This document shows positions 38,546 to 50,599 of a DNA stretch of 64,000 nucleotides, one piece after another. Source of the stretch: Octopus bimaculoides (lineage: Eukaryota); NCBI RefSeq assembly GCF_001194135.2, contig NC_068997.1, positions 2,453,763 to 2,517,762 on the forward strand, read 5' to 3'. A program made the position numbers and the translations under genes. The notes below the pieces were generated by a model, which saw only the letters and a list, made by a program, of their open reading frames with translations, was not told where the DNA came from and made no database searches. How positions within the stretch are numbered: the first letter of the stretch is position 1; each line of letters opens with the position of its first letter.

Positions 38546-39137
38546 ATGTAAAGATCTCTGGCTATGGGGAAAATATTTTGTTACTGAAAAACAGGCAAGG
38601 GAAGGTGACCGAAAGGGCATCTGGCTATAGTAAATCTGCCTTGAGCAATTCTGTCCCATGCATGCAAGGAAAAGTGTATGTTCAAAGCATTGATAATGGT
38701 GTATAACTTCTTTGGTTTTTCAAAAGAACAAATCAAAAAAAAAAAAAAAAAATTCCACAGGAATTAATTTCAATTTATGATAAGGAAACCAATGGGAAAA
38801 TAGATTTTATATTACCAAATTCCAAATTACAACAAAGCTTTCAGGAACACAAACCTTCCACGCCATGGGAAATCATAAAAATAATGATGTTTAATTCACC
38901 TAACCGAGGGTGACATCATGACACACATTGCCGGAATAAATGATACTGCTCTATAGAATATAACATCCTGTCACAATGACAAAATTTATTACCATATCAT
39001 TTAATATCTCAGTTTTTTTCTACCAACCTGTTTGAAACCATGCCTAACTTCTACAATACAAATTTCCTTACTTACAATGACCTACATTAAAACCCACCAT
39101 GAAAATTTATATTCTTAATACTCACTTCATAATTATA

Positions 39138-39269
39138 GGTGCAGGAGTGGCTGTGTGGTAAGTAGCTTGCTTACAAGCCACATTGTTCTGGGTTCAGAAC
39201 CATGTGGTCCTGCTAGGCACCTTGGGCAAATGAGTGGATTTGGTAGATGGAAACTGAAAGAAGTTCTTC

Positions 39270-39307
<38 letters not shown>

Positions 39308-39532
39308 ATGCTTGTGTGTCAGTGTTTGTCCACCCACCATTGCTTGACAACCAATGTTGGTGTGTTTACCAGTAAATTAGCTGTTCATCAAAAGAGATAG
39401 ATAGAATAATTACTAGGCTTACAAAGAACAGGTCTTAGGGTTTGATTTGTTCAACTAAAGGTGGTGCTCCAGCATGGCCACAGTCAAATGACTGAAACAA
39501 AAGAATTAAAAAAATATATATGTGTGTGTGCG

Positions 39533-39591
<59 letters not shown>

Positions 39592-40127
39592 GTGTGTGTG
39601 TGCGTGTGTGTGTGTGTGTGCATGCACATATACATATATATATATATATATATCTTTGAACTTGTTTCAGCCATTAGGCTGCAGCCATACTGGGGCACTG
39701 AAAACATTTTAGTTGAATGAATCGATCTCAGTACATTTTTTTAAAGCTTGATACTTATTCTATCAGTCTCTTTCAGCAAACCACTAAGTTATGGGGATGT
39801 AAACAAGACAACGCCAGTTGACAAGCAGTGGTCACACACACACACACACACACACACACAAAGTATATATATACTCACTGCATTTTTGTTTTTTGTTTCT
39901 CTTGTGGTAGCACCAGCAATACAGAGATTTGTCATTTCTTTGTCTGAGAGAGTGGTATCTCTAAACAATGAAAGTGTATCACTTAGGCGTAGGAGTGGCT
40001 GTGTGGTAAGTAGCTTGCTTACGAACAACATGGTTCCAGGTTCAGTCTTCTGCTGTAGACTCAGGCCGACCAAAGCCTTTGAGTGGATTTGGTAGACGGA
40101 AACTGAAAGAAGCCTGTCGTATATATG

Positions 40128-40168
<41 letters not shown>

Positions 40169-40365
40169 TTGTGTGTTTATCCTCCCCAACATCGTTTTGC
40201 AACCGATGCTGGTGTGTTTGCATCCCCGTAACTTAGCGGTTCGGCAAAAGAGACCGATAGAATAAGTACTAGGCTTACAAAGAATAAGTCCTGGGGTCGA
40301 TTAGCTCGACTAAAGGCGGTGCTCCAGCATGGCCACAGTCAAATGACTGAAACAAGTAAAAGAGT
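39138..40365. mobile_element. Three family B SINEs arranged +/-/+
   Basis: 39138-39505 (+), 39653-39860 (-, 3' half) and 39986-40363 (+, full length, CpG-rich). Confidence 0.85.
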
Positions 40366-40369
40366 GATT

Positions 40370-40670
40370 AATGTATTCGGCTCTCTATCATAAGATCGCG
40401 AGTTCAATTTCCAGTGGCATATTGTGTCCTTGAGCAAGACACTTTATTTCATATTGCTCCAGTCCACTTAGCTGGCAAAACTGAATTGTACCTGTAATTC
40501 AAAAGCCCTGTCGCATTCTGTCGCATTCTGTATCATGCTGAATTTCTCTCTGAGAACTATGTTAAAGGCACATGTGTCTGTGGAGTGCTCAGCCACTTTC
40601 ATGTTAATTTCACAAAAAGGCTCTTCTGCTGATTGAATCAACTGGTACACTTGTCATCATAACCAACAAC
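40370..40670 (+). mobile_element. CORE-like SINE family C
   Basis: B-box gagttcaattt, then tgtgtccttgagcaagacactttatttc (CORE-like); 3' tail shared with family D. Confidence 0.75.
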
Positions 40671-41067
40671 ATGGCCAACCACTTCCAAATAAAAAATGGC
40701 TATCCCTGTGACAACTAATATGTGGGAAGCTGATGTGAGATACATCTTCCCCTGGATGAAGCACTAGTTTATTGTAGATAACATTCCAAGAGGATGTGGT
40801 CACCCATTCATGTCAGAAGCCAGATGTACTGAGGGCTGATCTAGAATGTATGGATTTACATAGAAATAGCTAGACAACCTTAAAGATAGGATCTAAACCC
40901 CTAGATCTGGTAGCTTTGCCACACCTACTGCTTCAACAAAGTACGGAAAGACAAAGACTTACTCAAATGTTTACAGACCTTTCCAACCCACGACAATATA
41001 GCAAAACAAAATAATGAATGAGGAAAAGGCATGCTTTAATTCTAATAAAATATGAAATATAAAACAC

Positions 41068-41125
<58 letters not shown>

Positions 41126-42012
41126 CATATAACCATGGCTTGTAATAATAATAATAATAATAATAATAATGAAAGCTAAAATATTTAATAAAAAATTAAT
41201 AACAAAACAGAACTTTGATGTTTTCTGATGCAATTAAAAGTGAAGGCAAGCAAAATTCATTAAAAGAGCTTTGACAAGATAAAAACAGTTGAGAGCACTG
41301 AGATTTTGGCCTTGATTGTCTTGGAAAATTATCATTAAAATTGAAAAAACAAAAAAAAAATCGTTGTCTGAAGGTCAAAGGCCGCATTACCCACGCCATC
41401 ATCTCTGCTCTTCACCCATTTATTTCAACAGATTCAGACTATAAAACCTCCTCATGTGTCAGTCATAGAAGCTGCTTGTTAATTGGTTGCCTTATTAGAG
41501 GAAATATTGGAATTGGTAACATCGGATGAGGATAATAAGAGAAATAAAAGACCAATCACTGCATACTGTCGTTTATTTGTTTTTTTTTGGGGGGGGGGGG
41601 NNNNNNNNNNGAGGTGGCAGGGGGTAAGGTTTGGAGTTGGTTTGATTAGAAATCACTACTAATCGATTATATTAGCATAGAGTAATGTAACACACCATTG
41701 GTGTTACGCAAGAGTTAAACCTCAGACAAGACGCACCACTCCATATCAATACATTAACACACAATACCATCAGCATTATATAAGGGATGGAGTTAGATGT
41801 TAAACAAGATATACCACTCTATATAAATATATTGATTTCATATTGTGGCACAAGGCCAGCAATTTTAGGGGAAGGGGCAAGTTGATTACATCAACCCCAG
41901 GACTCAACCCAGTCTTATTATACAGACCCTTAAAGGATGAAAGGCAAAATCATCCTCAGTGGAATTTGAACTCAGAATATAAAGACGGACTAAATACCAC
42001 TAAGCATTTTGC

Positions 42013-42049
<37 letters not shown>

Positions 42050-42075
42050 GTAGTAGTAATAATAATAATAAGAGA

Positions 42076-42110
<35 letters not shown>

Positions 42111-42112
<2 letters not shown>

Positions 42113-42670
42113 CCCTAATGCAATACCAGGCAGTGGCTCTCATGGCTTCTGATCTTGACTGATTGGAAGTGCTATCATGTACATTGTTTTGCCTTGGTAT
42201 AAAAAGATGGACTACAGCAAATATTCTGCTTAATACCACAGATTTGCTTGTCAGTTGCTTGACCATAACCAGTTGAGCATGTTCCTTAGTGGCTGATGAT
42301 GATATGTGCATCTCTGATCATGAGCAGAAGTAGTGGGGGAGCATGATAGCCATGTGTTGAGAGGAATTATTTGAGGCTTGAATAATTCACCTCTGGAAAC
42401 ATGGGCCGTTTTGTTTATCATTCTTAAACAAACCTTATTCAGAGACCTTTTGAGCAGGATGGGCTACTCGACCTGAAGAAAATTCTAACTGGGCCCCACC
42501 TGCGAGGTCATGCACTATTTATCTTGATATGAGATCACCATGTCATGCACATATGGTTGTGATGCATGTGCCTGGTGTACCCTTATCAGACGGGTAGTCA
42601 TGATGGGTATATTGGGCTTTGTATATTTTACCCCAGTGTCACTTTGATGGCATGCACTGCTCTCTCACTC
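42111..42670. mobile_element. Unclassified 560-bp element embedded in (AAT)n
   Basis: Sharp boundaries with (aat)n on both sides; about 45% GC; no ORF and no TIRs seen. Confidence 0.55.
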
Positions 42671-42699
42671 AATAATAATAATAATAATAATGATAATAA

Positions 42700-43120
42700 T
42701 CCTTTCTACTAAAGGCAAATAGCTTGAAGTTTTGGGGCAGGGGACTAGTCAAATACATTGACTCCAGTGTTTCACTGGTACTTAATTTATTGACACCAAA
42801 AGATAAAAGGCAAAGTCGACCTTGGTAGAATTTGAACTCAGAATGTGCAAACAGGCAAAATGCAGCTAAGCATTTTGTCTGCATGCTGACGATCCTGCCA
42901 GCAATCCTTTCTACTATAGGCACAAAGCCTGAAGCTTAGAGGAAGGGGATAGTCGATTACATTGAGCCCAGTGCTCAACGATGACTTTTTTTATCAACCC
43001 CAAAAGGATGAAAGGCAAAGTCGACCTCAGTGGAATTTGAACTCAGTATATAAAGATGGACAAAATGCCGCCAAGCATTTTACCTGGGGTGCTAACAGTT
43101 GTGCCAGCTTGCTACCTTAC
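42700..43120 (-). mobile_element. Two head-to-tail family A SINEs
   Basis: Two reverse-complement family A cores. Confidence 0.8.
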
Positions 43121-43194
43121 TCTATATAAATATATTAACAACATACTGTTATTGTTACACAGGGGGACAAAGTTACATCTTAGGCAAGACACAT

Positions 43195-43715
43195 CACTGA
43201 AAAATTGGGTATAAGAAGCATCAGACATAGTGTGCAAAACTGCACAGGTATGGCCATAGGATGTGTATGGATGAGAAGAGCTGTGTGAAAAAGTGCCAAT
43301 CTCTAATTGAGGAGAGAACTTGTGGAAGGGGTAGACCCAGAAAGATGTGGGACAAGGTGGTGAAATATAATGTCCTGTTGTTGAGCCTCATGGAAGCAAT
43401 GGTAAGTGATTGCGAGTTCTGGTGATGTGTTGTGCTTGAGAAGATACATCAAGCTTAAGTGAATCATGGTTGTTGCTAGTGCCGGTGACAAATAAAAGGG
43501 ATCCATGCTGGTGACACATAAAAGGCACCTGTGCCAGTCACATGCAAAAGGCACCCATGCTAGTAACACAGAAGAAGCACACAGTACAACCTGTAAAATG
43601 GCTGACATTAGGAAGGGCACCCAGCCATAGAAACCGAAACAAAACAGATGACTGGAGCCTGGTGCAACTCTCCAGCTTGCTAGTTCCAGTCAAACCATCT
43701 AACCCATACCAGCAT
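43195..43715 (+). pseudogene. RTE LINE ORF C-terminus plus 3'UTR
   Basis: Translates LHRYGHRMCMDEKSCVKKCQSLIEERTCGRGRPRKMWDKVV (RTE-type RLRWxGHV...RGRPRKxW), followed by the aggaagggcacccagcc...aacccataccagcatg tail. Confidence 0.8.
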
Positions 43716-44329
43716 GATATAATTTTATGTTTAGGCTATACCTGTAGAGTTGATTTGACCAAGTCTTATCTAGGACTATGCAACATGTTTTTATAGAGAC
43801 CACATGAGCCAGTGGCAGAGATTGTGCATAGTTGCCTCTCTTTCCCACCTAAATAGCCTTGTTTCTACATGTTGTTCTATAGGGACCTCAAAACATTAAC
43901 CACATGGAACAATGGGCTGCAAGATATAGCAGTCAATTGATAACTCAAATTTGCTAGTATGTTTAATGTAGCTTCCACATGTTTAGAATTGTCAAATCAC
44001 TGAGGTTAATGAAATAGGAGACCAGACTGAAAGTTTTCATTTAATCAAACCTTGCCCCACCCTCCCTCTTAGTCTGTGGATCTGGCCTAGCAGTGCTACA
44101 ACAACAGCAGCAGCAGCAGTAGCAGTAGTGACAGCAACAGTAACAATCACCACAACAACAACAACCATAGCAGCAGCATCAACAGGTGCTTAGCTTGAAG
44201 AAATGTAAATGTGAAGGAAACAGTATGAAGTGCGAAGAATATTTTTGTGGAACAACGGTATTGATAGGAATTGGTAAAAGGTTTAATTATCGGTTGGAGA
44301 CAGCGCTGCCGGTGTTGTTGCTGTTGTTG

Positions 44330-44432
44330 TTATCGTAAAAGAGCAATAAACGTCAGCAGGATGTGCAGAGAAGTTGCTCATTTCAAGAGCAGATCTTCAC
44401 TATAAATGGTGATTACGGCTCTCTGGAGACAG
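44330..44432 (+). other. Candidate first or early exon of a plus-strand transcript (5' boundary unknown)
   Basis: Consensus donor cag|gtaaga after 44432 in CpG-containing unique sequence; one frame reads QEQIFTINGDYGSLET. Confidence 0.25.
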
Positions 44433-45081
44433 GTAAGAGAATTCCTGAACAGAATAATATTACCAAGAATAATGTATTTGCAAAGAATTCTCATTGGGTT
44501 GTAAATATGGGGTAGCAGTGGTGTGGGGGTGGGCTTGGGCAAGAAGGGTTAGGGAGACGGGAGGGATGATGAATTGAGAGAGAGATGGCAAGTTCCAGAG
44601 AATTAGGGGTGCCAATAAGGAAGGGTAAATCGAGGATAGAAGGCAAGTGGTTGAGGAAAAGGGGTGGAGGGAAGGCAGGTGATTGTAAAGGAGGGGAAGG
44701 CATGAGGGAAAGGGGTGGAAGGAAAGAGGCAGAGGGGAAGGTGGGTGAGTGGGAAAAGGTATGGATGGAATGGAGAAAATGGTAGGGTGCAGAATCTGTT
44801 CTGGTTATTGTTGTTTTTTGCTTCTTTGTTTAATGTTCAAGGAATCATGAACTGCAAATGTAAAATTATTGTTTCTACAGAATAATATCAAAACTGTATA
44901 CAATGGAAATCTTATACAAAATCATGAATGTACATACATGTACTGAGTGCTGCAGAAACTCACAAATTAATCACCTCTCTTTAAAATAAATGTACACATA
45001 AATACTACAAACATATATATTATACATACATACTAAACACACACAGTAACATATATAAGACACTTTCAGATTTATCAGAAT

Positions 45082-45139
45082 ATTGGGCTGATGAGACGGA
45101 ATAGATTAATATCTTAACCGCGAAACGTTCGTATCCAAT
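45082..45139 (+). ncRNA. Type I hammerhead ribozyme
   Basis: Stem I attggg (45082-87) / tccaat (45134-39); CUGAUGA 45088-94; stem II G45095-C45121 with CGG/CCG and AGAU/AUCU helices; GAAA 45122-25; stem III AC/GU with GUUC loop; GUA triplet, predicted cut after 45133. Confidence 0.75.
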
Positions 45140-45421
45140 TAACTAAAGCAGGTTTGTTTTTGCTTTTCACTCTGGTTTTTTGTTCTATGTGCGCCATAAA
45201 TATCGCCATCCATTTAGAGAAAAATTTGTAGTTTAGAATCAGTAGTTTTTGACTGCTATTTCTAAATTTTCAGTATGTTGGAGAAGCAACTCAATGCTAA
45301 TCCCTGTATATTTACGATGATAAATGATTTTACCGATAAAGGTTTTTTTCAAACTGAACTACTTGGCAAAATTGTTAATTATTAATTCTATTACTAATTG
45401 ACGATTCCCTGCCCTTATTCT

Positions 45422-45462
<41 letters not shown>

Positions 45463-45762
45463 TCCCATCGAAGAGGACATATGAGCATCCAGCTTTTGCC
45501 GAATGACCTGCACAAATGATTTGTTTATAGGGATCAAATGTTTGAGTCACACATTAGCCCACACACTCCATCAAAGCAAGGTTGTATGAACAGGTGCACA
45601 ATGTACCACATGTCAGGTGTCGAAGTGATCACAGGGCAACATAAGATAAAGTGTTTCGCTCAAGAATACAATGCACCGTCTGGTCTAGGAATTGAAATCA
45701 TGATCTCGCAATCATGAATGCAACACCCGAACTAATAAGTCAGGTGCCTTCACAAAATACAA

Positions 45763-45794
<32 letters not shown>

Positions 45795-45879
45795 GTGTCT
45801 ATGTATACACATACATATGCATACATATATATATATATGTATACTACACACACATATATATATACATGCACACACACAC

Positions 45880-45910
<31 letters not shown>

Positions 45911-46109
45911 GATAGATAGATAGATAGATATATAAGTTTACATACATATACATTTATATATATATATATACATGTATTTTTTACAGATACATATATATAA
46001 TATATATATAAACGTATGTGTGTGTATGTATATATATAAATGTATGTGTATAAATATGTATATATAAATGTATGTGTGTGTGTATATATATATATATCAC
46101 ATAAATGTA

Positions 46110-46149
<40 letters not shown>

Positions 46150-46805
46150 GTTACAAGATTCATTAGAATCCAGGAACATCAACACATAGGACCCCTGTGA
46201 GGTAAAACAATAATAAAGATATTACTAATTTATGAGGATGTAAACATGCCAGTACCAGGTATCAAGTGGTGAGAGAGTGAACAAACACACACACAAACAC
46301 ACACACACACACATATACAGACACACACATATATGTATATGTGTGTGTGTGTGTATATATATATATATGTATTCACATATATGTACGACAGGACTCTTTC
46401 AGTTTCTGTCAATGAAATCCACTCACGAGGCCTTGGTTGGCTCAAGGCTATAATTAGAAGACACTTGTCCTAGGTGTCACACAGTGGGATTGAACCTGGG
46501 ACCATGTGGAGAGGAAGGAAACTTCTTACCACACAGTCATACCAACACCTCTTAAAATCATCATCATCATTGTTTTCATGTCCACTTTTCCATGCTTGCA
46601 TGGATCAGATGGAATTTGTTGGGCCAGATTTTGTATGGCTTAATGCCCTTCCTCTTGTCAATACTCACAGGTTTCCAAACAAGGTAATATTTTCCCCAAA
46701 CCCAATCGTGTTTTTACAGAATATTGGAAACTGAGGATACTGTTCACATGACAGTGAAATTCATTTCAATTATCGCATGGTGCCAAAACGAGAGGACACA
46801 CACAC

Positions 46806-47024
46806 ATCGTTTAACGTCCCTTTCCATGCTAGCATGGGTTGGACGATTTGACTGAGGACTAGTGAAACCGGATGGCAACACCAGGCTCCAATCTAATTTG
46901 GCAGAGTTTCTACAGCTGGATGCCCTTCCTAACGCCAACCACTCAGAGAGTGTAGTGGGTGCTTTTACGTGTCACCCGCACAAAAACGGCCACGCTCGAA
47001 ATGGTGTCTTTTATGTGCCACCCG
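46806..47024 (-). mobile_element. Young RTE LINE 3' end running into an N gap
   Basis: Near-identical to 18480-18677. Confidence 0.85.
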
Positions 47025-47567
47025 NNNNNNNNNNNNNNNNNNNNNNNNNNNNNNNNNNNNNNNNNNNNNNNNNNNNNNNNNNNNNNNNNNNNNNNNNNNN
47101 NNNNNNNNNNNNNNNNNNNNNNNNNNNNNNNNNNNNNNNNNNNNNNNNNNNNNNNNNNNNNNNNNNNNNNNNNNNNNNNNNNNNNNNNNNNNNNNNNNNN
47201 NNNNNNNNNNNNNNNNNNNNNNNNNNNNNNNNNNNNNNNNNNNNNNNNNNNNNNNNNNNNNNNNNNNNNNNNNNNNNNNNNNNNNNNNNNNNNNNNNNNN
47301 NNNNNNNNNNNNNNNNNNNNNNNNNNNNNNNNNNNNNNNNNNNNNNNNNNNNNNNNNNNNNNNNNNNNNNNNNNNNNNNNNNNNNNNNNNNNNNNNNNNN
47401 NNNNNNNNNNNNNNNNNNNNNNNNNNNNNNNNNNNNNNNNNNNNNNNNNNNNNNNNNNNNATATATATATATATATATATATAATAATATTAAGGGATAA
47501 AATTTCAAAACTTACAGGGAAAATTCAATTTCACAATTCTAAATCAAATTTCCCAATATATAATACA

Positions 47568-47749
47568 TATATATAATTTAGAGAAAGACCTCTATTAACA
47601 AATTCAACAATGAAAAATGTCATTCAAAACATCTAGAAAAACAAATATACTCCAAAAAACCCTGAGGTATATTTAGTTTTCTAGATGTTTTCAATGACAT
47701 TTTTCACTGTTGAATTTGTTAATAGAGGTTTTTCTCTAAATTATATATA
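47568..47749. repeat. Foldback inverted repeat, 83-bp arms and 16-nt spacer
   Basis: 47568-47650 versus 47667-47749; about 5 mismatches by eye. Confidence 0.92.
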
Positions 47750-48445
47750 CATATTTGTTTGGGCTTCCTCCAGTTTCTATCAATCAAATTCCTTTAGAAG
47801 GCTTTCATTAGCTTGAGGCTGTAGTAGAAAAGATTTACAATACCCCACAGTGGGACTGAATCCAAAATCAGATTACTGGCCATTGAATACCTCAACCACA
47901 CAGCCATGCTTGCATCCATTTCTCTCAGTCAAATTCATCTTTCATCTGTCTTCATCTTTTGTTGCTGCTCTGTCTTTATAATTATACATGAAACTCTCAG
48001 TACTGCTTTCATTCATTATATTTCTGTTATTTAATCATGTCACCTCTCTAATTACCCTTCTTTATTGCCAGTCTTTAGATATTTCTCTTTCCATTTCTTA
48101 CTTACAATACTGTTTTCTCTTTCACTCTTTTCTCTCTCTCACCACTGTATTTTACTGTCTGCTAGTCTGATTATTGGGTGACTGCTACCCATTTTATTTT
48201 CTCACCTCTTCTGTCTTTCAATCCCACTCTGTCAGTCTCTTCCTATCCATCTAATCTTCTTTTATTTTACTTCTCTCATCACAGTCCCTTCTTTCTCCTT
48301 ATCAATCAAGGGAGAAAATAACAAAAATGAAAACAGAGATGTGTCGTAGCAGTTCATATGAAAAGTTATTGAAATGTTCGACAAGTGTTATACACAAAAT
48401 TTGACAGCCCTGAACAATTTCAGAATTGTTTTTTCGGCTTCAAAA

Positions 48446-48491
<46 letters not shown>

Positions 48492-49647
48492 GTATATAAA
48501 ATCTTCACAAACATACAAATATTTTCCCATATCAGTTTATACCCAGACGCACAAAATACCTGCAGACACAGTTCATTTTATTAACATCTCATTGTCCTGT
48601 AAGTATATCTGTACACACCCTGCATACACATATATACAAGTATCTATAAGTATGTGCAATATTTTATTTTATTTTTTACGTTTAATTCATCTTTTATTTC
48701 TTATTCTTTTCCTTATCAGAACAGTGAAAACTTAGCTAGAATGTAATGTTAGCACATTTGTACTAAAAGTAGATATTTCAAAAATAGTCTGAGACATAGC
48801 TAAAACGATGTCTCCAAATTTGGAAACTAAGCCCCAGGAGGAGGGAAAAACTAGTAATAATAAATAGTATTTATGGAAAAAAAAAAGGAATAATGATAAT
48901 GAATTAAACAAACATATAATAAATCAATAATAAAATACAAACAGCAAGTAAAAACAAAGAATTGAATATGGAGTGACAAAAATCCAAGTTTGGAGAAGTT
49001 GAAACTTCAACAATATATGGACCCACAGGGATGAAGCTAAATACAAGGAAAAACAGAGGAAAGAACCAGCGCCAGCCTGCCAATAATGGTTTATAAAAAA
49101 ACTTATCAGTATTTGACTTTCAATATATACAGTAGAATTGTTGTCACTGACCAGGTTACAGAAATGAGACAATTTTTTGACATCTTAGAATAATTGCACA
49201 TTAGTAACAAATGGAAAGGGAATGTAATAGATTTTGCTTTTAAATGGTTACAAGAGGTCTTCCTTATAATGACATTGTTTATCATCATCATCATTTTACA
49301 TTGGCTTTCCATGCTGGCATGAGTTAGATGAGTCAGAGGATCACATCATGGGTGTTTCATTTCTGACTTGTTTCTAAGACTTCCACCAATAACCTTACAG
49401 AGCTTACTGGGTTCCTGTCCTGCAGTACCTGTTCTAAAGAGGTGACATGTCCTCAACAAGACAAAAGGGTTGCCACAATCTTACGCTTTATAGAGTGCAC
49501 TGGGCATGTTTCTAGTGGCTGTCATCACTACTCAAGAGGTAGCCATAGCTTGACATAGCTAAAGAAACCTCACAGCAATGCATACCTCTGCTTATTTACC
49601 AACCTCTTTCAGCAGGAGAGGCAGAAGTGATACAAACATGAACGATG

Positions 49648-50018
49648 GGTGTAGGCTTGGCTGTGGGATAAGAAGTTTGCTTCCCAACCACACAGTTCAG
49701 GGTTCAGTCTCACTGTGTGGCACCTCGAGCAAGTGTTTTTGGCAAACAGAAACTGGAAAAAGCCTGTCACATTCATGTATATCTATGTGTGTGTGTCTTT
49801 CTGTCTGTGTTTGTCCCCCAGCCACCGCTTGACAACCAGTGTTGGTATGTTTACATCTCTGTAACTTAGCAGTTCAGCAAGAGAGATTGATAGAATAAGT
49901 ACCAGGCTTTAAAAAAAAAAAGAGGAGTGAGGGTGATTTGTTTAACTAAAAGTTCTTCAAGACTGTGCCCCAGGATGGCTACAATCTAATGACTGAAACA
50001 AGTAAAAGATAAAAGATA
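49648..50018 (+). mobile_element. SINE family B
   Basis: Head and tail as in the other family B copies. Confidence 0.8.
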
Positions 50019-50492
50019 GAGGCAAGAATGGTAGTGACAACAGAGGTATTCAATATTCCGAGTAAGGTATTCAAGGCAACAAGACCAAAACAAAAGGGTG
50101 ATAACGGTAGGACAATATGATCCCTGGGATAGCAGCAAAAGAAACCCAGGATTTGTGGGTCTCTTCCCTAAGGATCTGAATTAATTTTAAGAAATTAATT
50201 TTTAATATCTTGAAATTCTCTCATTATTCCCTACCAGTTAGCATTAGGTTTTTGATTTCTTTCTCAAACTAAGAGGCAAATCTCAAATCAGTAGCAATGT
50301 CTTGCACACAGCCTTCATTACATCAACATTTCATTTAATTTGAGTTAAATGCTTGTTTACTTGCAACACTACTTTTCTGTGTTCACTGTAATATTTTTGT
50401 TTAGCTGGGGCTGGCAATGCGTGTGATCAGCTCATATTTTGATGCTGCTTTGCTATAAGGAAACAAAGTTCTCAGAGTTGTCTCCCTTGCAG

Positions 50493-50599
50493 TAAATCGT
50501 ACTGATATTAGGCAAAAAGTCAGAAATGCAGTAGTCACCACTTTCACAAAACAATGCCTTGAAATGACCGTTGGTGCTTTTCAACATCTTGTACATAAA
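50493..50599 (+). CDS. Candidate coding exon (xNRTDIRQKVRNAVVTTFTKQCLEMTVGAFQHLVHK)
   Basis: Acceptor gttgtctcccttgcag|, donor aaa|gtaaga, 107 nt, open frame, phase-compatible with the 44432 donor. Confidence 0.3.

Noticed and set aside
44490-44790. G-rich purine tract with G4 or triplex potential
   Set aside because: Similar tracts recur throughout the window (1.9, 7.0, 24.9, 30.2, 32.9 kb); nothing specific here.
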